Both the position numbers and the translations under genes were made by a program. A stretch of 64,000 nucleotides of DNA from Rebecca billardiae RCC1528 (taxonomy: Eukaryota > Protista > Haptophyta), in NCBI GenBank assembly GCA_965240325.2, contig OZ251224.1, forward strand, positions 1,736,001-1,800,000. Direction: 5' to 3'. How positions within the stretch are numbered: the first letter of the stretch is position 1; each line of letters starts with the position of its first letter. The notes beneath the pieces are model-generated. The model was not told the DNA's origin and made no database searches. It saw only the letters and a list, made by a program, of their open reading frames with translations. Positions 52,558 through 64,000 of the stretch are shown piece after piece.

Positions 52558-55500
52558 TCAGAGGATCTCCTCGTCTGACAGGTCGACGACGTCATCCACG
52601 CCACCAAAGGCGCTGCCCAGCGCAGGCGCCGCGGGGGGCGGAGGCGCCGGCTCGTGGGCCCTCGGCTCGGTACGCGCCCCCGGACCCGTCCCCGCAGCAA
52701 TCGCGTTGCCGGACACGGTCGTGAGCGGCACCGGTCGCGCCGCAGGTGCCTTTGGCTCGTCCGGCTGCAGCCAGGACGGGCGGCTGGCGTTGGTGCCGGT
52801 AGGTGCCGGCGCCGGCCGCATGTCGGCGCCGCCTGCCGCTGCGGGCCCGTTCATTCGGGCCGCCCCAAGCCCAGCACCAGCAGCGCCGCCGGACTCGCCC
52901 GCGTCTGCCGCGCGCCGGCTCATCGCTGTGAGCGCGTCTGGCACGGCGCCGAATGGGTCAGCGACCGGCGCGCGCTTGTGCTGCTCGATCACCTCGGTCG
53001 GGTCGGGCACGGAGGCGAAGGGGTCACGCGCGACCACGCGCTTGGCGCCCAGCACGTCCGCCGCCGCGTCGGGCGAGCCCTTTGCGAACGGGTCGGCTGC
53101 GGGCAGCCGTCTGGGCGGGGCAAACAGTGAGCTGCCCGTGGCGGCACCGCCGCCAAAGCCCGACGCGCCGTCCTCCGTCGCTGCAGCCTCCTGCTGCGCC
53201 GACGGCCGCCTGCGGCCTCGGCCGACCGCGCCCGTGTCGCCGCCCACCGCGCCCACAGCCGGGCCGGGCTCGCTCGCCCCAGGCCAGGACGGCCCGGGCG
53301 GCGTCGCCCCCGCCCCGCCCGACCCGCGTCGCTGCGCGCCGAGTGGCACGACGTCCGCTCCGCCGCTCGCGGATGGTGCCACCGCGAGCGCAGGAGCAGG
53401 CCCAGCCGCCGCGGGCGGAGCGGCGCCGCTCGCACCTGCGTCGGGTGTGATTGGCCGCGAGCTGCGGCGAGACGGGACGCCGCTCCCGGCGCTAGGCACG
53501 TAGGCGTGCGCCGGCTCGGCGGGCCCAGCGCTCACCGCCCCCTGCGGAGACGCTCTGTCTGCGCTGGCCGCCGCGCCGCTGCAGGCTGGTGCCGCGCTGA
53601 TGCCACCCATCGCAGCGGGGCGGCATGAGGCAGCCGCAGGATTGGGCTGCTGGACAAAGGACGGGACGTAACCGCCGCCGCCGCCGACGCCGTCCGGCGG
53701 CTCCGGCGAGTCCAGCAAGCGCCGCCGGCCCTGCCGCCGCCCGGCCGCCGCGGGCGGCTGGGATGGCGGCGGCGCCGGCTGTAGCGCCGCTGGCTGCGGC
53801 GCCGCCTCGGCCGCCTGGCCCGCGGGCGGTGGCCCACCGAGCCACGAGGGCAGCGGCGCTGCGGCCGCCGCGTCGGCTGGCGCCGCGCGCCCCTCCGTTC
53901 CCACGGGCGCGTCGGCCGGGAGGAGCGGCGGCCGCGCGGCACTCGGCTGCGCAGCCGCAGGCTGCTGCGGCGGCGCGTGTGGCGCGGCCCCGAGTGGCGG
54001 TGCTGGCGCCTGCGCGGGCTCGTTGGCCCAGACGGAGAAGGTGGGCTTGTGGCTGGCCAGGCTCATGCTCGGCTTGCTCGCCGGGCCAGGCGGTGGCGGC
54101 GCGACCGCGCCGCTCGAGAGCGCGGGCAGCGCGCCCGCCGAGCCCGCCGAGCCCGCCGCAGCCTGCTGCTGCGGCTGCTGCTGCGGCAGAGCACTCACCG
54201 AGACCAGCACAGGTGCGTTCGGATCGAGGGTTGGCGGCGGCGGCGAGCCCGGGGCGGCGGGCTGCGGGGAGGGCTTCGGCGCCGCGGCCATGCCCGGGTT
54301 GCCCACCTCCCACGGCTTCTTCTTCGCCCCCTTCCGCCCGCCGCCGAACGGGTTGATCACGCTCGACACCGGAGCTGGCGGCGGTGCCGGCGGCGACGGT
54401 GCCGGTAGGGATGTCTCGGCCGGGGGCGCCTCTGCGGCGGCGGCTGGCGCTGCGACTGGCGGCGTGGACGGCGCAGGCGTCGGCGCAACCGGCGAGACGG
54501 CCGCCGGCGCGGCGTGGAGCGCTGCGCGCGGCGGGCTCTCGCTCACCGCCGGCTGCGCCGTCGGCCGCGCCTCGTCGACCGCCGGCGCCGCTGCGGGCGC
54601 ATACTGCAGCTCACGCCTCGTGGCGGACGATCGTCGTCTGAACGTGAGCTGGATGATGGCCGCGGCGCTCTCCGCGGCGTACTCCTGCAGATCGACGCCG
54701 GCCTCGTCGTCGGCGACGGGCGCGGCGGGCGCGGGCGAGCCGTCGGGCGAGCCCACAGCCGAGCTGAGCGCGGGGTCCGGCTCGCCCAGCCGCTCCGCGT
54801 TGTCGCGCGTGCGCGTCTGCTTCTCCTGCGCGCGGAGAAGGCGCCACGCACACGGGAGAAAGAGCGAGGGAGAGAGAGAGGCGCGCGTGAGCCAAGGCGG
54901 CAGCGAGCGTGTGCCGTGGCGCCACGCCCATGCTCGCGCGAACTCGCGTGCGGCCTGCCCCAGCGCGAGCCGGGTGCTCGGCGCGACGGCGCGCACGTCG
55001 GCCGCGCCGGCGCGCGCTGCGCTGCGCTCACCTCGAGTTTGGCGGCCAGCCTGTCTCGCTCCTTGCGCATCGCAGCCACCTCCGCCTCGGCGTCGCGCAC
55101 CTTGACCTTGATGCGCTTGTCGTCGGCCTCGTGCTCGCGCCGCACGTGCGCGAGCCGCTTCTCCATCTGCGCGAGCTCCTCGCGCTCCGCGCCGAGCTCG
55201 GGATCATCCTCGTCCGCGTCCGGCCGGTCGATGTCAATGTAGCCGGCGGCCACGCGCTTCTGCATGCGCTTCACCTTGTCCTGCTCGAGCCTGAGCTCGC
55301 GGCGCAGGCGCTCGGTGCGCATGGAGGCGCGCGTGAACTCCTTCTGCAGCTTGGCGCGCCGCTGGTCGTCCAGCCGCTGCAGCTTCTGGTACTTTTTGAG
55401 ACGGCTCGTCAGCTGCGCCTGCTCCTCCTCGAGCGCCTTCAGGACGGTCGGGTCGTCGTCGTCGTCGTCTTGCTTCAGCTGGTGGAGCTGGCGCTCGAGC

Positions 55501-55953
55501 ACGCGGTTCTCGGTGGAGAGCGTCGCGTGCTCCTTCGCCTTCTCCTTCACCAGATTCTGCAGCCGCGTCACGCTCTCGTCCTGCACGGCATTGTCGAGCT
55601 GCGACCGCATGCGTGCAATCTCGCGCTTGAGCCGAGCCACGTCTCGGTCGATCTCGTGCAGCTCGTCCCTCGCCACGCGGCTGCGGCTGTCGGGCCGCTG
55701 GGCGACGCGCATCATGCCGCCATGCCGTGCATCCTCCAGCTCTTTCCTCGATTGCGCGAGCTGCTCCGCCCAAGCGCCGCGGGCGCGCGCGGTGGCAGCG
55801 CGGGCCCGTTAGTGATTCGCGCGCGCACACCGCCGTGTCGAGGCAGCAGGCTGGGTGCGCGCGGTGGGATGGTGCGCCGATACACGGAGAGCGCAGACGT
55901 ACCTGATTCAAGAGCGCCTGGTGCTCGGCGCGCAGCGAGTGCAGCGCCGACAT
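52558..55953 (-). CDS. Lebercilin-like coiled-coil protein with IQ motif and Pro/Ala-rich disordered tail (exons 55953-55903, 55760-55032, 54825-52558; ~1015 aa)
   Basis: Phase-0 GT-AG introns join the frames; coiled coil with LSTENRVLERQL; IQ-like AAAIIQLTFRRR. Confidence 0.65.
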
Positions 55954-56175
55954 CGCGCCCGGCGGCGAGGGCCAAGGGCGAGCCCCCCAAACCGCCGCCA
56001 CCAGCACTCGTTCAGGCCAAGGTCGATGGCGGTCGTTCTTTGAAGCTTCAAGCTTTCCTCCATCATTGTCCGGACGAGTTCAAGGAGTCCGGTTGGCATT
56101 GAGTCGAGGCATCATCATCGGGAGGCAGCTCCCACGCCTCTCGATCGGGCGCACCTCGGGCAAGACAGTGGCGAC

Positions 56176-56987
56176 ATGTTGGCTGCGCTTCGTGCAACGA
56201 CGGCGAGGTCGTGCCGCGTGGCGGCGGCGCCGATGCTGAGCCGCGCTCAGTCGACGGCGGTGTCGACGACCGTGAAGGCCACCGAGAACAGCCTCCCCCT
56301 GCCGCACGAGAAGTACACGGACGCCACTCCCTGGGAGAAGCACCAGGAGTACACGCGCCACGGCGAGCCCAACATGCGCACATACAACTACATGCTGATG
56401 GGCGGCGCGCGCCTGATGGGCGCGTCGGCGTCGCGGCTCGTGCTGATCAAATTCCTCGCTCAGATGAACCCCTCGGCTGACGTCCTCGCCCTCGCCAACG
56501 TCGAGGTGGACGTGAGCAAACTTGAGCAGGGGCAGTCGATGACGATCAAGTGGCGCGGGAAGCCCGTCTTTGTGCGCCGCCGGACGGACGAGGAGATCCA
56601 GTTGGCGAACGACGTGAACCTGTCAGAGCTCCGCGATCCGCAGACTGATGCGGACCGCATCCGCCACGAGCCCGAGTGGCTCGTCCTCCTCGGCGTGTGC
56701 ACGCACCTGGGATGCGTGCCGATCGGCAACGCGGGCGAGTACAGCGGCTGGTTCTGCCCTTGCCACGGCTCGCACTACGACACGTCGGGCCGGATTCGCA
56801 AGGGTCCCGCCCCGTACAACCTCGAGGTGAGCGCGCGCGCGCGCGCGCGCGCAAGAAGCCTCGCATCCTCGCGCACCTGCCGCTGAGCGGCCACGCCTGC
56901 CGCCCCACCTCGCCCGCCCCACGGGCACCGCGCGCGCAGGTGCCGCCATACAGCTTCATGGAGGACGGCAAGCTGATCATCGGCTGA
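56176..56987 (+). CDS. RIP1: Mitochondrial cytochrome bc1 Rieske iron-sulfur subunit (intron 56827-56939)
   Basis: Mitochondrial presequence, [29 protein letters not shown] and CPCHGSHYD...GPAPYNLE|VPPYSF. Confidence 0.96.
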
Positions 56988-58695
56988 GCAATGTCTCCGC
57001 CACACCCGGAGCGGCAGGCGAAGAACGACGCGGCAGTCCCATACCATGGGAAGCGTCGTTGCCCCTTCTCCTGTCGGCTCTGTGCAGCTGGGACACCTGC
57101 TCCGACGTGTGATCTCTTTGACAGCGCGGGCCCGACAGGCAATCCGTGCGCGGTCGTCGTCGCCGATCTGAGGTGTCTCTGCTGGGGCAGGGGGATGCGC
57201 CGCCTGCCCAGTGCCCGCCTGCGACGTGCAGCGTGCAGCCGCGAGGCTGAAGTTTCGGCCCTCTGGAGCTTCGTGCCATTTGCTGTCAGCTGTGTTGTGA
57301 GCAGCTCAGCCGTCAGCGGTCCGTGCGGTGTCACGACTGTCACGTGACACGTCACGACGATTCGCGGTACGCAGTCCCCAGTCGGCCCTGCCACTTGGCC
57401 TTGGGTTCGGCCGGGCTCGCTCTCACGGGGCTCGTCGCTGCCGCGGCCGATTGCTCATTATTAGTCATTGCCATCGGGCCCGGCATCATTCAGGGCGTTG
57501 CCGCCAACTGACTATGAACTGTTATAATATTGTAATATTGTTAACGACATAACGTTATTCGTTAACGTTTCGCCGCCCGACCGCCACTCGGCCTCGCCAG
57601 CGGGCCCAGGCGCCAGCCGACCGTGGGCGACTGATGACTGATCCGGGTGCCGCCCGCGTCGGGCTCGGCGTCTGCGGTGGCAATGCCAATTAATGAGTGT
57701 AGTCGTCACGGAATAATAATAATATGATGCCGCCACGCCCGCACCGGCACCGGACCCCGGGTATCAATCTTAGAGTAAATATTCTTAGCGTAGGAATAAT
57801 CGTATATATATATATATATATATAGTTATCTCGGTTTTAAAATATCGGTAAACTTGAGTTGATACGGTCACCGATCGGCAGCCAGTCGTCGCGTGGCCAA
57901 AAAGCTATATTAAAATATAGACGATATGTGTGCATCAATATTAACGTGAGACGTGACCAGGATGAGGACGAGGCAGTACAGTAGTGAGCAGGACCGTGCA
58001 TTTATCATGTGACACTGATGCTGCATGTCACGACGTCGACTTGTGAGCTTTGATGTGCGCTGCCGCGCTGGGACCACTGATTGGCTGCCTGTGCCGGGCA
58101 GCAGCCGCGCCGCTGCGCGGATCATCCGGTCATGTCTCATGAGTCGTCATGATATGTCATGTAGCTATAGCTGAATCATCATGATGTGACATGTGACTCA
58201 TCATCGGTCCGAATTGTACGGGCTGGTCGTCACTCGGGCGCCACTGACACTGTCACTCGGCCGTGTCCGTGTAATCGGATGCCGCGGACGAACACTTTTC
58301 TTGTGACATTGACAATGTGACTGGCAATGCTAGCAGTGACTGACATTTGCACCCGAGCCACCGCCGGGTGGCGCGCGGGTGCCCGCGGCAGGCGCGGCCG
58401 CTAGGCCGTCGGCGCCGCGCCCGGGGCCGGGCCCGGCCGCCCGCGGCCGAGACCCGATCATCAGACGTCAGCATGGACCCGCGGCGCAGCCGCCCTGACC
58501 GGTGACCCTGTCCCTGTCCCGCAGAGAATGACCGGACCGTCCGGGCCGCAGCGGCGGTGTGGGGCCGCGGACCGCCAGACCGCGTCGGCGTGGGTCCGCA
58601 CGCCCAGGCTTAGGGCGAGGCTTATTTATTAGCGCCGGACATCAGTCTCATCCGTCATCGGCAGTGGGCCAGTGGCACAGACTGGCAGTTACCGT

Positions 58696-60748
58696 ATAGA
58701 TATGACCGCGTTCCGCGGTCCTTTTCCGTAGAACCAACGCAGTTGGGGGCCCGCGGCGCAGTGGTTGAGAATGAGACCGTGACGTCGTCAATCCGCACGG
58801 TCTGGCGTCTGCCTGGCAGTCAGACAGGCCGAGCCGCACCGTCTCGGAGAGTGAGTGAGAGTCAGACCCGTCCGTCGGACTCGCGGCGCGTGAATGGGCG
58901 CGCCGACGGCCAAGGGTGGCACGGGACACCAGCGGACGGGCCGCGCGGGGAAGCGGGGCGGCGCGCGCGCAGGGCGAGAGGCGCGGACGGGCCGCGCGGG
59001 GAAGCGGGGCGGCGCGCGTGCAGGGCGAGAGGCGCCGCGCGGCGCGGGCCGGCGCGTGCGCGCGCGCGCGCGCACCTGCTTGAGGTGCTCGCGCTGCGCC
59101 ATGCGCTCGACGAAGGGCCGCTGGTCGCTCAGCCGGCGCGCCTCGGGCCGGCATAGCGAGAGCGCGCGCCACTGCTGCCCGCCCACGCTGCGCAGCCACG
59201 CGCAGACCGAGCGGAGCTCGGGGTGGGACGAAGCGAGTGGCGTGTCGCGCCCGCCGCCAGGCGCACGCGTGCCCTGCTCCGCACCGCGCCGCCGTGCTCG
59301 CCCGCCGCCTGCTCCGCCGCGTCGGCCTCGAGGATGGCGGCGGCCAGCGGCAGGCTGAGCGGCGCGCGCTCGCCCACCGTAGCTTCGAGGGCCGTCCACA
59401 CCTGCTCGAGCTGCTGCAGGGCGTGGACAAGGGCAGCGCGCGCGCCCAGCGCATCCGTGCCGCGTGACGCAGCGCGTCGAGCTCGGCGTCTCGCTTCGCC
59501 AGCTCGGCGCCCAGCGCCTCTGCGCGCACGCGTCGAGCTCGGCGTCGCGCTTTGCCAGCTCGGCGCCCAGCGCCTTCACGCGCACGTGCTCGTGTATCTG
59601 CGCGCGCACGGCCTGCGCGCCGCCGCCCATCTGCGCGCGCAGACTCGGACTCGTCGCGGCTGGCTGCTAGGGAGTGCTAGGGTGCGCGCCGCGTAGTCGA
59701 TGGCCAAGGCCTGCAGCCAGCGCGCCTGCACCGAGAAAAGAAGGCGCGGCACGCGCGCTATAACCCAGTCCACGCAGACACGCGAGCGCGTGCTGGAGCG
59801 GCGCGCCGGGGCAACCGTCCACGTCGGCCGCGCGGGAGCCGCAGGTACTCTCGCGTGCCTGCGCGACGCAGCGCGCACGCACAGCGAAACGGGCGCGGGG
59901 TAGAAATCAGGAGAGCGCCGCCGCCCGCGCACCACCCCACCGAGAGTGCGCACATGCGCACGCCACGACATGGCACGACATGGCGCACGAGTCGGACGCA
60001 ACGCCCGACAGACAGAAGCCTTCGAAAATCCGCGCGCGCCCGCAAACGCGGCCGCGCGCGCGGGCGGGCGCGCGGGCGGGCGCGCGGGCGTGCGTGCGCC
60101 ACCCGCGCGGGAGGCGCCCGCGGCCGCGCGGGCGGCGCGCGCGCGGCGCGCGCTCCGCGCGGTCGTCCACACCGATGGCGGTCGATCGAGGGCGACGAGG
60201 GCTCGCCCCGTTTTGGAGCGAGCGCGTGCCGCGCGCCCCCTGGCCCCCAACTGGGTATGATAATACCCACAATTACCCAAAATGACCTTATGCCCCCAAC
60301 ACCGTTAGCGAGCCAATGTACTGATATGATATACTGAACGAGAGTACCCACAATTACCCAATATACTCCAGTAGTGAATACGACCCCGACGAAGCCAATA
60401 TATATCGGTTGGTTACTTCGCTGATCCCGTAAGGACGTGCAAAAATAGCCTCAAAGAAGCTGACGCTTGTATTGGACTTGTAACCGTCCTACTTCACACA
60501 GAAGTGAACTCTCACGCCCGGCCGTCCACGATTGATTAGGGGAATGTCGTGGACGCGGTTTTTTTCTCCGTGATGCATCTGTAGAGAGGGTCTCAAAATT
60601 CGAAACTCGGTCTCCGCCAGCCCTAAAAATCGGCCCCCGCGTCCCTTTTTCTTGATCAAAGATCTTTTTGAAACGTGGTTCCGGCCCGCTGGTGCGGGCT
60701 CCACGCTGCGCGCTCCGCCCTGCACCGCGGGCCATTAGAGAGTAGAGA
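58696..60748 (-). mobile_element. Non-autonomous Helitron-like element, copy 2
   Basis: Minus-strand 5' A|TCTCTACT..., 3' hairpin GACCGCGGAACGCGGTC then ATATCTAT. Homologous to 48087-49568. Confidence 0.65.
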
Positions 60749-61287
60749 TTCGAGTGGCACCGTCTCAGGCTCTCACACAGGCCTGCCAGCAGAGAGCTTG
60801 GCAAGCCCTGGCCCGGTGCGGCGGGACGGCACGGTAGCGCGGCCGCGGGGGCGTTCGCGCCGCCTATAGCGGGTAGTCAACCCGGTAGTGAATCAGCGTC
60901 ATCGGGTAACTTACACTTACTGTACACATACAGTCAGACCGTAGTCTGTCTCTGAATCGGCCCCGGCGGCAGTATTAGTAACGGTCGTAACCGACTCGAC
61001 GAGTCGTGCCGGTCCGCGCGGTGGTGGTCCTGTCACGAGAAGGTTACACCCCCCAGAAAAGCCGTATAGTAGAAATGTAGCCTATGCCTCCTATATGTAA
61101 CGTCGTGGTCTCCTATGTGTAACTAGTAAGCCCGGTCCAGCCCTGTCACTATGTAAAGTGTAACCTTCTCGCGGCTCTGCGGAAGTTTCTAGGAAAGGCA
61201 CGCGCGCCCCGCGCGCGCGCAGTGCCGCCGCGCGCGCGCGACTGATCTGGCCGGCGCGACCATATGAGCCAGGCCACCACCCACTTC

Positions 61288-64000
61288 GGCGTGTAAAGTT
61301 GTAAAGTGTAAAGTAGGTCCGGGAGCCCAGCCGGACATGTCCGGCCAGTCCGACCGGACGCATGCTAGCCGCCGCGCCGCCGGCCGCGGGCGCGAGAGGG
61401 CCTGTAAAGTTGTAAAGTGTAAAGTAGGTCCGGGAGCGCACGTCCGGACGGGGCATCGAGCACGAGCCAGGCAAGCACCCAGCCCGGCGTGTAAAGTTGT
61501 ACAGTGTAAAGTAGGTCCGGGAGCCCAGCCGGACATGTCCGGCCAGTCCGACCGGACGCGTGCTGGCCGCCGCGCCGCCGGCCGCGGGCGCGAGAGGGCC
61601 TGTAAAGTTGTAAAGTGTAAAGTAAGTCCGGGAGCGCACGTCCGGACGGGGCATCGAGCACGAACCAGGCCAGCACCCAGCCCGGCGTGTACTAAGTTGT
61701 AAAGTGTAAAGTAGGTCCGGGAGCCCAGCCGGACATGTCCGGCCAGTCCGACCGGACGCGTGCTGGCCGCCGCGCCGCCGGCCGCGGGCGCGAGAGGGCC
61801 TGTAAAGTTGTAAAGTGTAAAGTAAGCCCGGGAGCGCACGTCCGGACGGGGCATCGAGCACGAACCAGGCCAGCACCCAGCCCGGCGTGTAAAGTTGTAA
61901 AGTGTAAAGTAGGTCCGGGAGGCCAGCCGGACATGTCCGGCCAGTCCGACCGGACGCGTGCTGGCCGCCGCGCCGCCGGCCGCGGGCGCGAGAGGGCCTG
62001 TAAAGTTGTAAAGTGTAAAGTAGGTCCGGGAGCGCACGTCCGGACGGGGCATCGAGCACGAGCCAGGCAAGCACCCAGCCCGGCGTGTAAAGTTGTAAAG
62101 TGTAAAGTAGGTCCGGGAGCCCAGCCGGACATGTCCGGCCAGTCCGACCGGACGCGTGCTGGCCGCCGCGCCGCCGGCCGCGGGCGCGAGAGGGCCTGTA
62201 AAGTTGTAAAGTGTAAAGTAAGTCCGGGAGCGCACGTCCGGACGGGGCATCGAGCACGAACCAGGCCAGCACCCAGCCCGGCGTGTACTAAGTTGTAAAG
62301 TGTAAAGTAGGTCCGGGAGCCCAGCCGGACATGTCCGGCCAGTCCGACCGGACGCGTGCTGGCCGCCGCGCCGCCGGCCGCGGGCGCGAGAGGGCCTGTA
62401 AAGTTGTAAAGTGTAAAGTAAGCCCGGGAGCGCACGTCCGGACGGGGCATCGAGCACGAACCAGGCCAGCACCCAGCCCGGCGTGTACTAAGTTGTAAAG
62501 TGTAAAGTAGGTCCGGGAGGCCAGCCGGACATGTCCGGCCAGTCCGACCGGACGCGTGCTGGCCGCCGCGCCGCCGGCCGCGGGCGCGAGAGGGCCTGTG
62601 AAGTTGTAAAGTGTAAAGTAAGTCCGGGAGCGCACGTCCGGACGGGGCATCGAGCACGAACCAGGCCAGCACCCAGCCCGGCGTGTAAAGTTGTAAAGTG
62701 TAAAGTAGGTCCGGGAGGCCAGCCGGACATGTCCGGCCAGTCCGACCGGACGCGTGCTGGCCGCCGCGCCGCCGGCCGCGGGCGCGAGAGGGCCTGTAAA
62801 GTTGTAAAGTGTAAAGTAAGTCCGGGAGCGCACGTCCGGACGGGGCATCGAGCACGAACCAGGCCAGCACCCAGCCCGGCGTGTACTAAGTTGTAAAGTG
62901 TAAAGTAGGTCCGGGAGGCCAGCCGGACATGTCCGGCCAGTCCGACCGGACGCGTGCTGGCCGCCGCGCCGCCGGCCGCGGGCGCGAGAGGGCCTGTAAA
63001 GTTGTAAAGTGTAAAGTAAGTCCGGGAGCGCACGTCCGGACGGGGCATCGAGCACGAGCCAGGCCAGCACCCAGCCCGGCGTGTAAAGTTGTATAAAGTG
63101 TAAAGTAGGTCCGGGAGCCCAGCCGGACATGTCCGGCCAGTCCGACCGGACGCGTGCTGGCCGCCGCGCCGCCGGCCGCGGGCGCGAGAGGGCCTGTAAA
63201 GTTGTAAAGTGTATAGTAGGTCCGGGAGCGCACGTCCGGACGGGGCATCGAGCACGAGCCAGGCCAGCACCCAGCCCGGCGTGTACTAAGTTGTAAAGTG
63301 TAAAGTAGGTCCGGGAGCCCAGCCGGACATGTCCGGCCAGTCCGACCGGACGCATGCTAGCCGCCGCGCCGCCGGCCGCGGGCGCGAGAGGGCCTGTAAA
63401 GTTGTAAAGTGTAAAGTAGGTCCGGGAGCGCACGTCCGGACGGGGCATCGAGCACGAGCCAGGCAAGCACCCAGCCCGGCGTGTAAAGTTGTACAGTGTA
63501 AAGTAGGTCCGGGAGCCCAGCCGGACATGTCCGGCCAGTCCGACCGGACGCGTGCTGGCCGCCGCGCCGCCGGCCGCGGGCGCGAGAGGGCCTGTAAAGT
63601 TGTAAAGTGTAAAGTAAGTCCGGGAGCGCACGTCCGGACGGGGCATCGAGCACGAACCAGGCAAGCACCCAGCCCGGCGTGTAAATAAAGTTGTAAAGTG
63701 TAAAGTAGGTCCGGGAGGCCAGCCGGACATGTCCGGCCAGTCCGACCGGACGCGTGCTGGCCGCCGCGCCGCCGGCCGCGGGCGCGAGAGGGCCTGTAAA
63801 GTTGTAAAGTGTAAAGTAAGTCCGGGAGCGCACGTCCGGACGGGGCATCGAGCACGAACCAGGCAAGCACCCAGCCCGGCGTGTAAATAAAGTTGTAAAG
63901 TGTAAAGTAGGTCCGGGAGGCCAGCCGGACATGTCCGGCCAGTCCGACCGGACGCGTGCTGGCCGCCGCGCCGCCGGCCGCGGGCGCGAGAGGGCCTGTA
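61288..64000. repeat. Tandem satellite, ~199-bp monomer of two subunits (~111 + ~88 bp), at least 13.5 copies, running off the window
   Basis: Each subunit starts TGTAAAGTTGTAAAGTGTAAAGTA(G/A)GTCCGGGAG and is followed by one of two alternating GC-rich blocks. Confidence 0.97.

Noticed and set aside
61288-64000. CRISPR-like pattern (conserved ~34-bp motif with intervening blocks) and long ORFs
   Set aside because: The intervening blocks are two alternating repeated sequences, not unique spacers. There are no cas genes and the context is eukaryotic. The ORFs are repeat translations.
1-64000. rRNA or tRNA genes and prokaryotic defence operons
   Set aside because: None recognised by eye, and the intron-containing genes exclude a prokaryotic operon. 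tRNAscan-SE/Infernal were not run.

Overview
Very GC-rich eukaryotic nuclear DNA. Short GT-AG introns, bipartite signal+transit plastid-targeting N-termini, flagellar genes and a selenoprotein fit an alga with a secondary plastid, probably a haptophyte such as Pavlovales (inference). About 19 protein genes are present, 14 of them in seven compact head-to-head pairs: ClpP, a ProC-like reductase, a sulfotransferase-like protein, G6P 1-epimerase, rubredoxin, a Lon-N protein, GST, a 52-repeat surface protein, DUF760/EF-hand, MMPL, a prolyl 4-hydroxylase, a kinase-RING giant, a dynein thioredoxin light chain, a lebercilin-like protein, Rieske ISP and others. The best hidden signal is an iodothyronine-deiodinase selenoprotein: the ORF track splits it at an in-frame UGA (23412-23414), and a well-formed SECIS lies at 23940-24024. 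Also notable are an 81-aa spliced microprotein made only of the PDCD4/SERBP1-type ribosome-binding motif, a single-exon J-domain/Tudor/non-RD IRAK-like kinase/RING protein, and a VHL-like domain fused to a prolyl hydroxylase. Mobile DNA includes a TA-targeting transposon family with an OTU-protease-like ORF seen in empty, remnant and full states, a three-level nested foldback complex and two Helitron-like elements. The window ends in a 199-bp bipartite satellite with a probable 10-mer higher-order repeat. All calls come from reading the sequence; no searches were run.
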